Below, piece after piece: positions 37,476 through 48,959 of a stretch of DNA of 64,000 bases (position 1 is the stretch's first letter; every line of letters begins with the position of its first letter). The stretch lies in assembly GCA_964187785.1 (NCBI GenBank), contig OZ076414.1:52018001-52082000 (forward strand), read 5' to 3'. The notes below the pieces were generated by a model, which worked only from the letters and a program-made list of their open reading frames with translations, made no database searches and was not told the origin of the DNA. Both the position numbers and the translations under genes were made by a program. The DNA comes from Amphiscolops sp. MND2022. Lineage: Eukaryota.

Positions 37476-39888
37476 AAAAAATGTATATTACACAGTATTC
37501 ACTGTTAACGACGATCTATTTTAAAAATATCAGACCTATATCGCTTTAAATCCTTTAACAAGTTGGCAGTTCATATAACAACACTTTCTTCTCAAATGCT
37601 ATGTCAAAAAGGTTGCAGCCATCGTTCCGTTTTTTGAAACCCGAAAATGACCCAGTCGAAATTTGAAACTTCGGTAAGCTTTGTGAATATAACTGATTTC
37701 CAACTTTTAATGACTAAAATTGGGATCTAGGCGTGAACCACAAAGCGCGCGTCTGTTTGTTATTTAGATACAACTTCAGTAAATCATGCTAAAATGGCTG
37801 AAGGAATGAAATGATGTTTTTCACCGTTAAAAGACGCCTCATTTCAGTTTTTCCAAGAAACAAAAGCTATCGGAACGTCAATTGCATTGGAAAACTGTTT
37901 AAATTTGAACTTTTTTGAAATTCTGTTCATTAACTCCCAACCTAGCTGCTAAAGTGTATTCTTCTATTTGAATTTCAATTTCACGCTGTGAGGTTTGATT
38001 GATGAAGCCAAGTCATTGGGTCTTATATTGTGTAGTGCCTTGGGCATTGTTGTGCTGCAATGTTTGCCGAGTTTTGGTTCTCAACTTCTTACTGAAAACG
38101 GGAAAGCGTTCCTAAAATGCACGATGAACAGATGAAGTAAATCATTCTCTCATGTACATAGTTTTTGCTGATATTTACTGACAATTGTTATTGTTTCCCA
38201 TGAATTTGAACGTAATAAATGCCTTTTGATTTGTTCTAATTGCGAAGCAATTGCTTGACGTTTATTGTTTCTTTTCAACATCTGTCTGTGGTGCTTTTTA
38301 CTTTTATTTGATGATTTTGCTTCCTTTCGATTTATTCAGAAATATAATTCAAATTTCAAAATATAAGAAGATACTTCAAATGTTGAGATGGATTCATTCA
38401 GACAAGAGGCAGCTCAAGGAATGTAATCATATGAAAACAGGGTTGGATGAACAACCCCAGAACGTAGGCGCCCGCTTGAGACCCAAAAAACGCAAATGTT
38501 ATTATTATTAATATTTATCTGGCTTTTTGCATGGAGTAAACCCGTATGCAAAGAGCCAGAAAAGACCCTCAAGGGCTAATGCCCGCTCAAGAGGACCTTG
38601 ATATCAGAATATCAAACAGCAGCATCATCATCAAACTTTATTCAATCAACAATTTTTTTATGATAAGCCAGTGTTTGTGTTATGGTAAGGATGTTTTACA
38701 CCTATTTCACACACAAGATCAGTTCTTCTCGATTTTATGACGTGTGGCTGTAGCCTTAGACCGCCTGTATGAACATCATTGAAATGTATAAAATTTGAGA
38801 GGTGGAGAAAAAAAATGGTAACAAATTCAAGTAACTGCTGAAAATAGGCAAAGAAAATATTTGCACTTCATTAAGGGGGGTTTAACCCTAGAAATCACAC
38901 TTTTTAGCTGCCGAAAATTTGGGCATAGGTTAACCCCTAGGGCTATTTTTAAAACATTTTCACCGAAAGAATTATGTTACCCAATTTGAGAAAACGACGA
39001 GCGATGATTTCTCAAATTGGGAAAAACATTTTTCTACGAGCGATGTTGATCATTAATCAACTATTCCGGGCGATGCTAGCCTTGCACTAGAAACACTCAA
39101 TACTTCCAAAACTGCTTGATGTTTCAAAATATGCTCAGGGCGTGTTTGAATAAAATTTCTCAAAAATAGAAATACCGAAAAATACACATAGGAAGCCTTT
39201 TGTGTTCAGAAACGCTTTTCTGTAACCGAAAACATCATCAAAGAAAAACCAAATTGCTGATTTTTTAATAAAGAGGCACAGTGCCGAAAACTTGAAGGGG
39301 GACCTTTTACTCTCTTGCATTACGATACATATGCCGCAACGAACTAGCAAGATCTTGAGAGTTCGATTAACAGGAAGTAAGAAGGCGTTATTTTCCGCCC
39401 TCGCAAATTTCTTTGTGTGGCGGAAATTATCCTTATGTTTAGCGGGCGTCTTATTTTAAGTATTCGTTACGTGCTCTGCTCTTTACACCATGTGATTTGG
39501 TGAATAAAATGCAGTACCTGACTACTCTGCACTTTCTGAGCATTTTGACTACTTTGCACGCATTTTGACAATTTTCCACTTTGCACACGTAGATTGATTA
39601 TATTACTTTCCAATCTGGTACACTTTTTGACTGAAATTCACTTTCAAAGTGAAGAACAATCATAGTGTGTAAGACGGTGCCAAAAACACTAATGGGGAGC
39701 CTATTCAGTTCAATTGAGCAATTCAATTGTTTACCTGTTCAAAGATGGGCTTACTGAAATGCACTCGCATAAACGTCGCGTGTCTTCATAATATTATCCG
39801 AAGTCTGATGTCATACTTTTATGCTTCTGGCCTTTCAAGCCACCCGACTTTTTCATATGTTGGCGTTCTGATGTTTTTAGATGGTCCA

Positions 39889-40264
39889 ATGGATGTTGTC
39901 ACTTTATTTCGTTTATTATCTCTTCTCGTAGTTTTTCACCTTCCTCTACATTCCTGCACGATTGGACCCAAAAGCAAATCGTCCTTAAAAGACAAAAAAT
40001 CTTCCAAAAATGCTCAGAAAAATAACCGTGGTGGTGACACTGATAAACTGGGACCTCAACAACTTACAGTAGAAGATGTTATTGCCCAAAGCCTAATGGG
40101 AGTGTCAGACAAAGACAGAAAGTTCGCCAATAATGTGCTTGGCTATGTTACCCCATGGAATAACAAGGGATACGACCATGCGAAAAATTTGGGAGCCAAG
40201 TTTGACTTAATATCTCCCGTGTGGTATCAGCTCAAAAGACTAAGTGGCAAAGTTGAATTCGGAG
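39889..40264 (+). CDS. CHID1: Chitinase domain-containing protein 1 exon 1 (signal peptide, GH18-like)
   Basis: MDVVTLFRLLSLLVVF signal-like start; VLGYVTPWNNKGYD...FDLISPVWYQL; donor GGAG|GTTAGT. Confidence 0.92.
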
Positions 40265-40673
40265 GTTAGTTGAATTTGAAACAGAAAGCGCAGTGGTACT
40301 GTGAAATTTTTTGTATTCTGTTACCGGACGCTTCTTGGAAAAATCGGACATCTTCCAGCAAAAATGACCTGGAGGAATAAGCTAACTTGAATAAATGCCC
40401 CTATAGTTGTGAAACCTATTTCATGAATGTATGGTTCCAACAGCAAATTTGGGGAAAAATATTTCCTCAAGAGTCTGACGAAAAATAGGAATAATACTAT
40501 TCATTTATTTTGCAGGGTGTTTTGATGTGAATTGCTAAAAAGCATCCCAACACTTCATGGGTACATGTTTTGAAATCATTATCTCGACACCATCGCTATG
40601 ATGTGACTTGTTTTTAGCAATGTAAGAAGCATTTCCAGAGTCGGTATTGTTCATGCGAGTCAGGTTGTGTTAG

Positions 40674-40892
40674 GTTTACAGGATACGGACGCTGGGTGGG
40701 TTAATGACGTCAGAAGTTCAAACCCAGCTGTGAAGATTGTTCCCCGATTGTTGTTCGATGGCTGGACCCAGAATGACTTGACTGCCCTTTTCTCCAGTGA
40801 GATGTCACAAGCTGCCGTCGTCGATAAGATCGCCAAGTTCGCCTTGTCTCAGGGTTTCGATGGATTTGTGTGTGAAATTCTGCTGCAAGTTG
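40674..40892 (+). CDS. CHID1: CHID1 exon 2
   Basis: GLQDTDAGW...IVPRLLFDGW...FDGFVCE; donor G|GTGAGT. Confidence 0.93.
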
Positions 40893-41304
40893 GTGAGTTG
40901 ACATTTGAGGTGTGGTAGTTATTGAACAAAAGGTTGGAAGTTTGTTTTAGACTGAATCACCTCACAAACATCGTATTCTTGAATCGGAAGTTTTTCTAGT
41001 GAACTCGAAAAAAACGTGCCTGGTAAAGTTTTTGGCTGGACGTGTCGTCTTTCGAAATCATGAGGTACTTCACGTGTCCGAAACGGTTTTGGTCCTGTTT
41101 AGCGCAAACAGTTTCGTAACTTTAAGTTTTACTGGAAGTTTGGACTGAAATTTTTAACCATGTTTTATTGAAAGAAATGGGTGAAAATGGAAATTTTCAG
41201 TTGAACCAAATGCGTTCAAAAGATGATGACTGTTGTCTTTCGTGTGAAAATTGAGTGGAGGTCTTCAAATGTTGTGAGGAGCATTTATTAAACTTTGGTT
41301 TCAG

Positions 41305-41520
41305 GTTACCAATATCACGAAGAAGCCATCCATTTTCTGAGTATGTTGGGCGAGGTGTTCAACCGCAACAACCTACTTACCATCGTGCCGTTGCCTCCTC
41401 CTCTGAAAGTGGATGGCAACCCGAATGGGTTCTTTACGCCCAGTGACTACAACAAGCTCAAGTCTTCCGTTTCCTTCTTCAACGTCATGACTTACGACTT
41501 CCCCAACGGCAGGAATGCCG
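41305..41520 (+). CDS. CHID1: CHID1 exon 3
   Basis: Acceptor TTTCAG|; FNVMTYDF; donor GCCG|GTAGGT. Confidence 0.92.
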
Positions 41521-43370
41521 GTAGGTGGTATGCATATTGCATCGATACATGATGCCGATACTTTCAATCGACCTAAAGCAGAATTATTACCGCCGCGGAG
41601 AATTTTTTGCAGAGGAGTGTTAGATACCATCCGATTTTGACCTCTCTTCCATCGAAATGCCACTTAGAAATTCGATTTTTAATTTTTTTTGGAATTTTCT
41701 GGAATTCGGTCGAAGTTCTGAAAGAAAATCATGCTTGCATTCATTTGAGCGGAGCCGAGTTTCGTGTTTTGCATTTATTGCCGAGAAATGATGGTGCAAA
41801 AGTGGCAATGAATGAATAAATGTAGAGTACGAACAATTTTTAAAAGCATTTTTGAAGTTTTTTCCTTCAAGAATGAATCATTATGGCACTCAGTGGTCAC
41901 AATTTGAAGATTGAAACATCTAGCGATGGCGGCTCTCCACGAACTACTAGATAAAAACATAACAAAGCTTAAATGCTTCAACATAATCATTAGAAAATAA
42001 AACTATTGTTAAAAATTACATGAGACCTAAATGCGGAAATAACATCAGTGCAAGTAAAACATTTACAGTTTAACATAAGTACAATTAACAGAAATGCTGA
42101 AGATTTCATAAAGTTTTTTGCGATGAAAATAGACCGAAGAATCTGTCGTTCTCGGAAGCAAAAACATGATAAGATCCGTTAACATTTACGAGAAGTCGCC
42201 GACAAAATGTCATTTTGAGTGGTCCCACCTTGATTATTGGGAAATTGAAATTAGAAAGAGCACCGGATGAAATATTCATTGTTGAGACTGGGATGAGCGG
42301 CAAAAAAGCCAACTATTGAAGCAAGAAGATGCAACCGAAGCTGTCTATTAAAATTCAGTAAAGAAACAGTAATGACTGAACATAAATTATTGATATCATA
42401 ATTTATTCCAGCAATAAAGTTCAGAATTAATAATACACAAACATCATTTGTAAAATGACGTTGAAACGATGTGACTAAGTACAATTCAAAGTAATTTCAA
42501 ATGATAAAAGTCTGTAATGAGAAATGCATCAAATAAATATACCTACGAAAGTTGAAATAAAGAAGGAAAAAAGCTAGAATGGTGTAGTTATGAAGGTAAT
42601 TCATGACAGTAATGAAACTTCCATACTTTTAATTGATAGTACGTAGCTGCCAGCATAAGGATCGTAATCGGAGCAAGAAGGATGTGCTATATGAAAAAGA
42701 TTTTCCATATATAGTATATGAAATCGCTTCATATATTTGTAGTGTTCTCAAAATATCCTTGTGGATGTGCTGTATAAATTTATCGGTACAGATATGATTT
42801 GAACTATTATTTTTAAACAGAAATACTGAAAGCCGACTAATTGCTGTATCCACGTTTACACAAAGACGTTTCAAATCCTTTTTCAAAGGAAAAGACACGT
42901 TGTCAGTTTCCTTCAGAGGAATGCATAATAGTTACAATTTATCAGGCACAAAGAAACGAATCAGAAAAATAATGTTTGGAATTCCTCACTGGAAAGTAGC
43001 TACACAGAACATAGTGAAGTGATCCCAATTTGTATGTAAATTATCAACGTAAGAACTCAAGAACATTGATTCGGAACACAAATTTATATTTTGAAACCAA
43101 ATGGTTTTTTATAATGAAGCCTATTTATTTGGTCAAACACAATAGACTGTATTTGATGGCTTAACAGGATTCAGCTGGAAAAAAAACAATTTTGCACTCA
43201 ATTAATCAATAAGATCAATCTATGAAACACATGAATCGCAAAAATTGAACGTTGAGCATACACATAAGCGTAATGAAGCGTAATGACTTTCTGTTTCAGT
43301 AAAGGAAATGTATCCAGTTTCAAGCGAACTATTCAATTCCTTCAAGCATCAGCGGGAACTTGATGACATA

Positions 43371-43554
43371 CCGTAATGCATTCTGAGCGTCTGTTAAAGG
43401 GGTAACAGGAATAATAGCAGAGATATGATAGAGAAATTGCCTTTATATACACCCTCATCATCCGTAATGCATTCTGAGCGTCTGTTAAAGGGGTAACAGG
43501 AATAATAGCAGAGATATGATAGAGAAATTGCCCTTATATACACCCTCATCATCC
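43371..43554. repeat. 91-bp direct tandem duplication
   Basis: CCGTAATGCATTCTGAGCG starts at 43371 and 43462. Confidence 0.95.
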
Positions 43555-45461
43555 AGAGATGGCATAAACCATCCTATTATCCTTAAACCTTGTGTGGCAT
43601 GGATGTTGGCATCAATACAGTCAGCTGGTCCTCTATCTCGAAAGTGTCCACATTGTCGAATTACAATTGCTCCGTTCTTCTATTTGGGTGCACCAGAATT
43701 TTAGTCAAAGCAGATGTGAACTCAACGCTTCTTGCCCCGGTTACTCGATCGCTGAGTTCATCGCACGTTGTTTCAAAATTTAACCCCAGCGACGTTTACT
43801 GGCACAACGCAAGGGCAAGGTGGATTCGGTCCTTGTGCATCGCCCACTTTTCCCGTGCATACGTTGTCTTTGGACATTGCTTGAATCAACTGGAAGTTTG
43901 TTGATCGAAAGTCGAAAATTTTGTAGTTGGGGACGTTTATATCGGTAGGTGGCGCTTTGTAGATATTTACTCTTGTTTTGGGAATCACTGGATCGTTTAT
44001 ATCGAATAATGTGATTTTTATGGTTTTGAAATAGCCGACAACTTTAGGACATAAAACTCACACAGGAGTTACTGGTTTGACGTGCTGACTATACCCCAAC
44101 AGACATCTGGATTCAAGGGACAATTGAGTGAAGGATAGTAGAACATGATTGGTTCCCTCCACATCAAACAAGGAATCGATCTTAAGTGCTAACTTCCTGA
44201 TGTACTTTGAGTTTTTGGCTGGCCTGTAGTAGTTTTTTCGGATTGACTTTTGCATATAAAAAGGTACTTAAGCTTGTACCGGGATGGCAATCAAACTCAT
44301 CTTTTATGACTTTGTTGTATTTCATAGTTTGAAATCTGTCCCGCATGCAATCTTGTTCCTCTGGAAGAGATTCATCACCTTTGATATATCCAGTGGACAT
44401 TACAGATCTGTATCATTAACTAAAACATCGGAGGATTTACTGAATGGTAATATTTCTGAAATACATGAATACATAAATAATAGTCACAAACGCGCTGCAG
44501 CTATAAAAATTTAATTACACGTTCATTTAACTGTTAGGCTTGAAAATAAGTCTATCAAATAAAGAAAACTGATGAAAGTTGTAACCTTGTTGATAAAGGA
44601 GCTACGTTTATGAACTAAGGGTATAAAATTAACAATAACGACCGGAAATTGTTTTCTCTTGCTATCACATGAGGTTCTATGATAAATTCAACGGAAACGA
44701 AAACATCAAAAGAGTGTTGATCACGAACGACAACAGCGCCTTACAACAAACAAGCTCGCCCGCATTCGGGTCGCTTAGGCTCCCTCAATCCCCGAGCAAG
44801 AGATCTGTAAATTTCTACTCCATGATCGATATCAACTGAAAACAGTAATGAACAAAATATGCTCCAAATTTGTTTGCAATACTTTACAGTTTTATTATCT
44901 GGTGGAATTATGATACCCTCGATTGGTTATCCAAGTAATTGAAAAAGGATAGTGGCGATTAGATGGAACTTTACAAGTATTTGCTCTACTAGATGAAACT
45001 AGTCGCAAAACAACCGCCCTAACGTTAACTCCTTGGAACATTCATTCAATAGCCCGCAGACACCTAAATTGGAATGGGGATTGCTACAAAATCTAAATTG
45101 TATTTTTTTTCCAAAAACAGCATACCTATCGAAATTGCCGAAACTTTCAAAAATGACATAACCGTTGAAAAGTTAAAACTGGAGACCTTCTTGCCACATG
45201 GTCGTCCAGAAAGTCAACAACAAGATTAAGTTAACTTGAGAAAATGCATAGCAATTAATGGAACAGGAGTGATTTTAAAATTGAAATACTCAGGTTGCAA
45301 ATTTGAAACACCACAACGTTAAAGAATAACATTATCGAATAAACCAGATTCACAGACTGCCACAAATTCACCAATAAAATGGTCAATTCTAAAACCAACA
45401 AATTGACTGCTGAATCTCGTTCTCCAGACCTAACCACAGACTTAGCCGGTCAGTGTCAGTT

Positions 45462-45662
45462 TTAAAGTTGTAGGCGAAATGCAGCTAAAGACCATGGTTT
45501 CCCGTGAACAGGTAATGTGAAAGAGCTACCATGACCCGAATTGTGTTCTTGTAACCTCAGTAGAACACTACGTTTCGTTTGGCCGACGTAAATTGTTTTG
45601 TAGGTCTTATCGTGCAAACTCACGAGAAGGTAAACGAAACCATTAATTGTATCAGGAATTGG
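45462..45662 (-). pseudogene. GIY-YIG endonuclease domain downstream of the helicase
   Basis: Hand translation: GFVYLLVSLHDKTYKTIYVGQTKRSVLLRLQEHNSGHGSSFTLPVHGKPWSLAAF. Absent from the ORF track because it has no start codon and is frameshifted on both sides. Confidence 0.88.
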
Positions 45663-45899
45663 TACTCAAATTGAGGGTGATTCAATAGGTGCCATTGATT
45701 GAACCTTTGTTTTAGGAAAAGTTCCCATGCGTCGGAGCATTCACAGCCTGTTGTTAGGTTCTATTTCGTGCTGACTAGTAATCTGGAGGATAGTAGCAAT
45801 TGAATGACAGGTCTCACCTTTAAACAACATTCCAGTGAAAAAAGGAAAGAAATTTGTGAAGTTTCAAAAAGGCAAACCGATCCTTTAATACTGATATCA

Positions 45900-48800
45900 A
45901 AACGACAACGACGTCTAAAAGAAACTTAGTTCAATATATAATAATTCAAAAAAAATCTCAAAATTTAGTTAATAATCTTAGGAAAGAAATTGATCTTAGC
46001 GAAAACAGATAGAACCTAACGTGTTTCCTACGACTATCAACTCTCCTGCGAAATAACAAGTCTCCTACGGATTGCAAAGTTGTTACCCATGAGTTTTTGA
46101 ACAGTTAGGGTCGGATAATTTGCTACTGGAGTCTGTCATCCGAACTGATGTTTTGCGCCACTTATGAACAGAATCAGATACATTTCTCAAACGAAAAGTT
46201 CTCCAGGTTAAATAACGTTTCACTGAACAAATTGGGAATGGCGATCGAATCTATTTCGGGAGCAATGTAGAGAAGCAAACTGGAATTGTCATTACATAAA
46301 TCACCTACAATACCAATTTTTCCCTGAGAAAATTCATCGGTATTGATTCTTGATCCGACAACTGTTAAATTATTCATTAGCACATCTGGATAGCAATTGC
46401 TGTTTAAGTTGTCCTGAAGCCCGAGAGCGTCAATGGCTTCAGCAGGAAAAACTAAACGAGAAGAAAATGGAATAGCACCACGGGGTAGAAATTTCAATTA
46501 TTCCACAACCTAACGATTCAAAAGACCCTCTTCCCTCGATTGGTTGAAACAGGGCTTATTAGGTAAAACTTGGACATTAACAAAACACTTCCGCATACTA
46601 GGAGCAGAGAAAAAATCAATTTCTGTGTGGAAGCTACCCGTTGTGTAAAGTAGGTGAAGCAAAAATTTCACTTTATTTCTCGACAAACTTTGGAAAACAC
46701 AACTTCAGGTGGACAAGGTGAAATATGCCTGGTGTCTAACATAAGTTTCAGCAAATTCTTGTTCATTCGAGCATCGCAAAACGTTACTAAACCGGTCGAG
46801 TGTCGGTTGCGGAAAGTCTCGTACCATCTCTGAAGTTCAACCAAAGACGTTGGTCCTTTTCTAATAACAGCACTGCTGCCGTCAACTCAAGGCCTGTCCA
46901 AATTGTTCGTCATTTCCAGTCAAAAGTGTTGATTGGTTTTTCACTAGTTTTTTAGGTGCTTGCCTGATGAAAAACCTGGAATACAGCTCGAGTTACCGTA
47001 CAAAATACAATTGCGGAGGTTTTGATGGAAAACAAAGTTACTTCAGTGCTGAAGCGCGAGTTGGATGCATCTTCAATGTGAACTTTTTGCCGAGCATAGA
47101 AAGTTGTGTTGCGGAAAATTCAATTGCTCAGGTAAATTCAGAACGTCGTTGGAACTACCGGGAGTTTTTAGGTACCGCCGTGGCTGATTGAATTACTTGC
47201 TTTCATAGCTATGGACGAAACGTGAACAATTTCAGTGTTGGTTATTACAACTGGCAACTTTTGAAGCCATCATAAATATTCAGTCTGTGAAACCTGAAGA
47301 GCAGCAACTGGCGCAACAGGTCGGCTTTCATAGTCCTTCTTCTCTTTGCGTATTGCAGATCCGGTGGTTTTAGTACTGTGCAGTTCAGTTGTTGTGAAGC
47401 CGCCCTCAGCAGAGCCAGGTTTGATTTCAACAGTCGCATGCCCTTCCTTTCGAGCAGCATTTTTTTGATGTACTTAGAGCAGACATTTTTAGGAGTCGGA
47501 AAAAATTTTCGACTACTTATGCAATCGTGCTGTTTTTTTTGTTTTTTTTCTCCCGACCTTTTCATGAAAATTTCAAATTTCTCAAAAACTGTCCATACGA
47601 TTTTCACAAAATTTTGCACAGTCATTCTACACCCAAAGGGGCCCCTGCGTGTGCAAAGGCATCGAAATTGTATGGCCTGGATGTGAGAAACATAGCCAAA
47701 ATTTGCCCAAAAATGGCCAAAAAACAGCCGTTTTTTGACTTTTTTCGATTTTCTCAAAAACTGTCCATACGATTCGAACGAAGTTTTCTACAGTCATTCT
47801 ACACCATATTAGAGTCCTATATGTGCAATGGCATCAAAATCGTATGGCTGGGATGTGAGAAACATAGCCAAAATTAGCCCAAAAATGGCCAAAAAACAGC
47901 CATTTTTCGACTTTTTTCGATTTTCTAAAAAACTGTCCATACGATTCGAACGAACGCGAGTCAGAAGGAAAAAGACTTAAGCCGACTCCTTTACCGCATA
48001 TGCGGCTCTGGTTTATCATCAGTTGTCCGTTGCCACTTCAAAGGGTTAGTGGAAATAATTCAGGTGAATTCTGTATGATATATTCACCTGCTGACAACGG
48101 GTACTTGTATTTCTGACATCTGAGGTCATTCTGAGGTGATTAATTAGAATCCTCAGTGTAAACAATTAGATTAAGCTTCCTCAAAAAGGCTGCAGCGTCT
48201 CTGGAATTTTGTTGCGGAACTTTTTCGAATCCAAACTGTTCGGATACAGGATACAGGCGCATCTTGTTTCCAGAGGCATCATTTTTTTGACAAGAATTGC
48301 AATTGTGAGATTGAACAGATGCGCACAAATCCAAAATGTCAATTCATCCCATGTTTGTTTTCAGAGGCATCATTTTTTTCGACAAGAATTGCAATCGTGA
48401 GATTGAACAGATGCGCATAAATCGAAAATGTCAACTCATCCCATGTGTTTATAATTCGCAAAGTAGAGTGAAAGATGTCCTGAAACGCTTGGAAAAAATG
48501 CTTCTACGTGAATTTGATTTTTTTCCCATATTTTCTACATCATCGGCTAGCCAGAAACGCAAGTGGCTATGCGGGAAATTTGCAACAGAATCGTGGAACT
48601 CAGCTCTGCCCCATATTTTAATAATTTGACCGAGAATGCGTTCCGCTGAGTTCCATCAGATTGTTAACAGTTTCATGTCACACATAAAGTTGGAGAGTTG
48701 TTTTCTCCGGTACCTTTGGCTGGAAACTTGGTTTCGATTGCGCTCATGATGGCAGAATACCGAAGTGTTTTTTCATGTTTAAAGTCAGAGTAACAGATGT

Positions 48801-48935
48801 GCCTTTTCAGCAAGCTCAGCATTTTTTTTTGAGTCGCAGACATCGAACGTCAGATCTTTCGAAGAGCGTAATGGTTTTCCTTGAACTTCAATGTTACGCA
48901 CGCCGCGTTTGAAAAACTGACTTGCTGTTGACTTG
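45900..48935 (-). pseudogene. Second, tandem, internally deleted RepHel copy B
   Basis: Diverged duplicate of ~52350-48980; keeps the HUH motif AEFHDSVANFPHSHLRFWL (PHSH at 48563-48574); lacks the helicase core (equivalent of ~50460-49430); interrupted by a HINE at 47489-48013. Confidence 0.85.
47489..48013 (+). mobile_element. HINE-like family 2 copy inserted into RepHel copy B
   Basis: Same termini, hairpin CCGCATATGCGG, internal ~160-bp duplication; inserted in a T run with no TSD when compared with the empty site in copy A. Confidence 0.8.
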
Positions 48936-48959
48936 CTAATTCTAAAAATTTTGATGACT

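Noticed and set aside
38870-39100. TTAA-flanked piggyBac-like MITE (TTAAGGGGGG…)
   Set aside because: I could not locate a matching second terminus.
45462-45662. Penelope retroelement as the source of the GIY-YIG
   Set aside because: No RT remnant upstream and no CxxC between the Tyr motifs. Not fully excluded without a tree.
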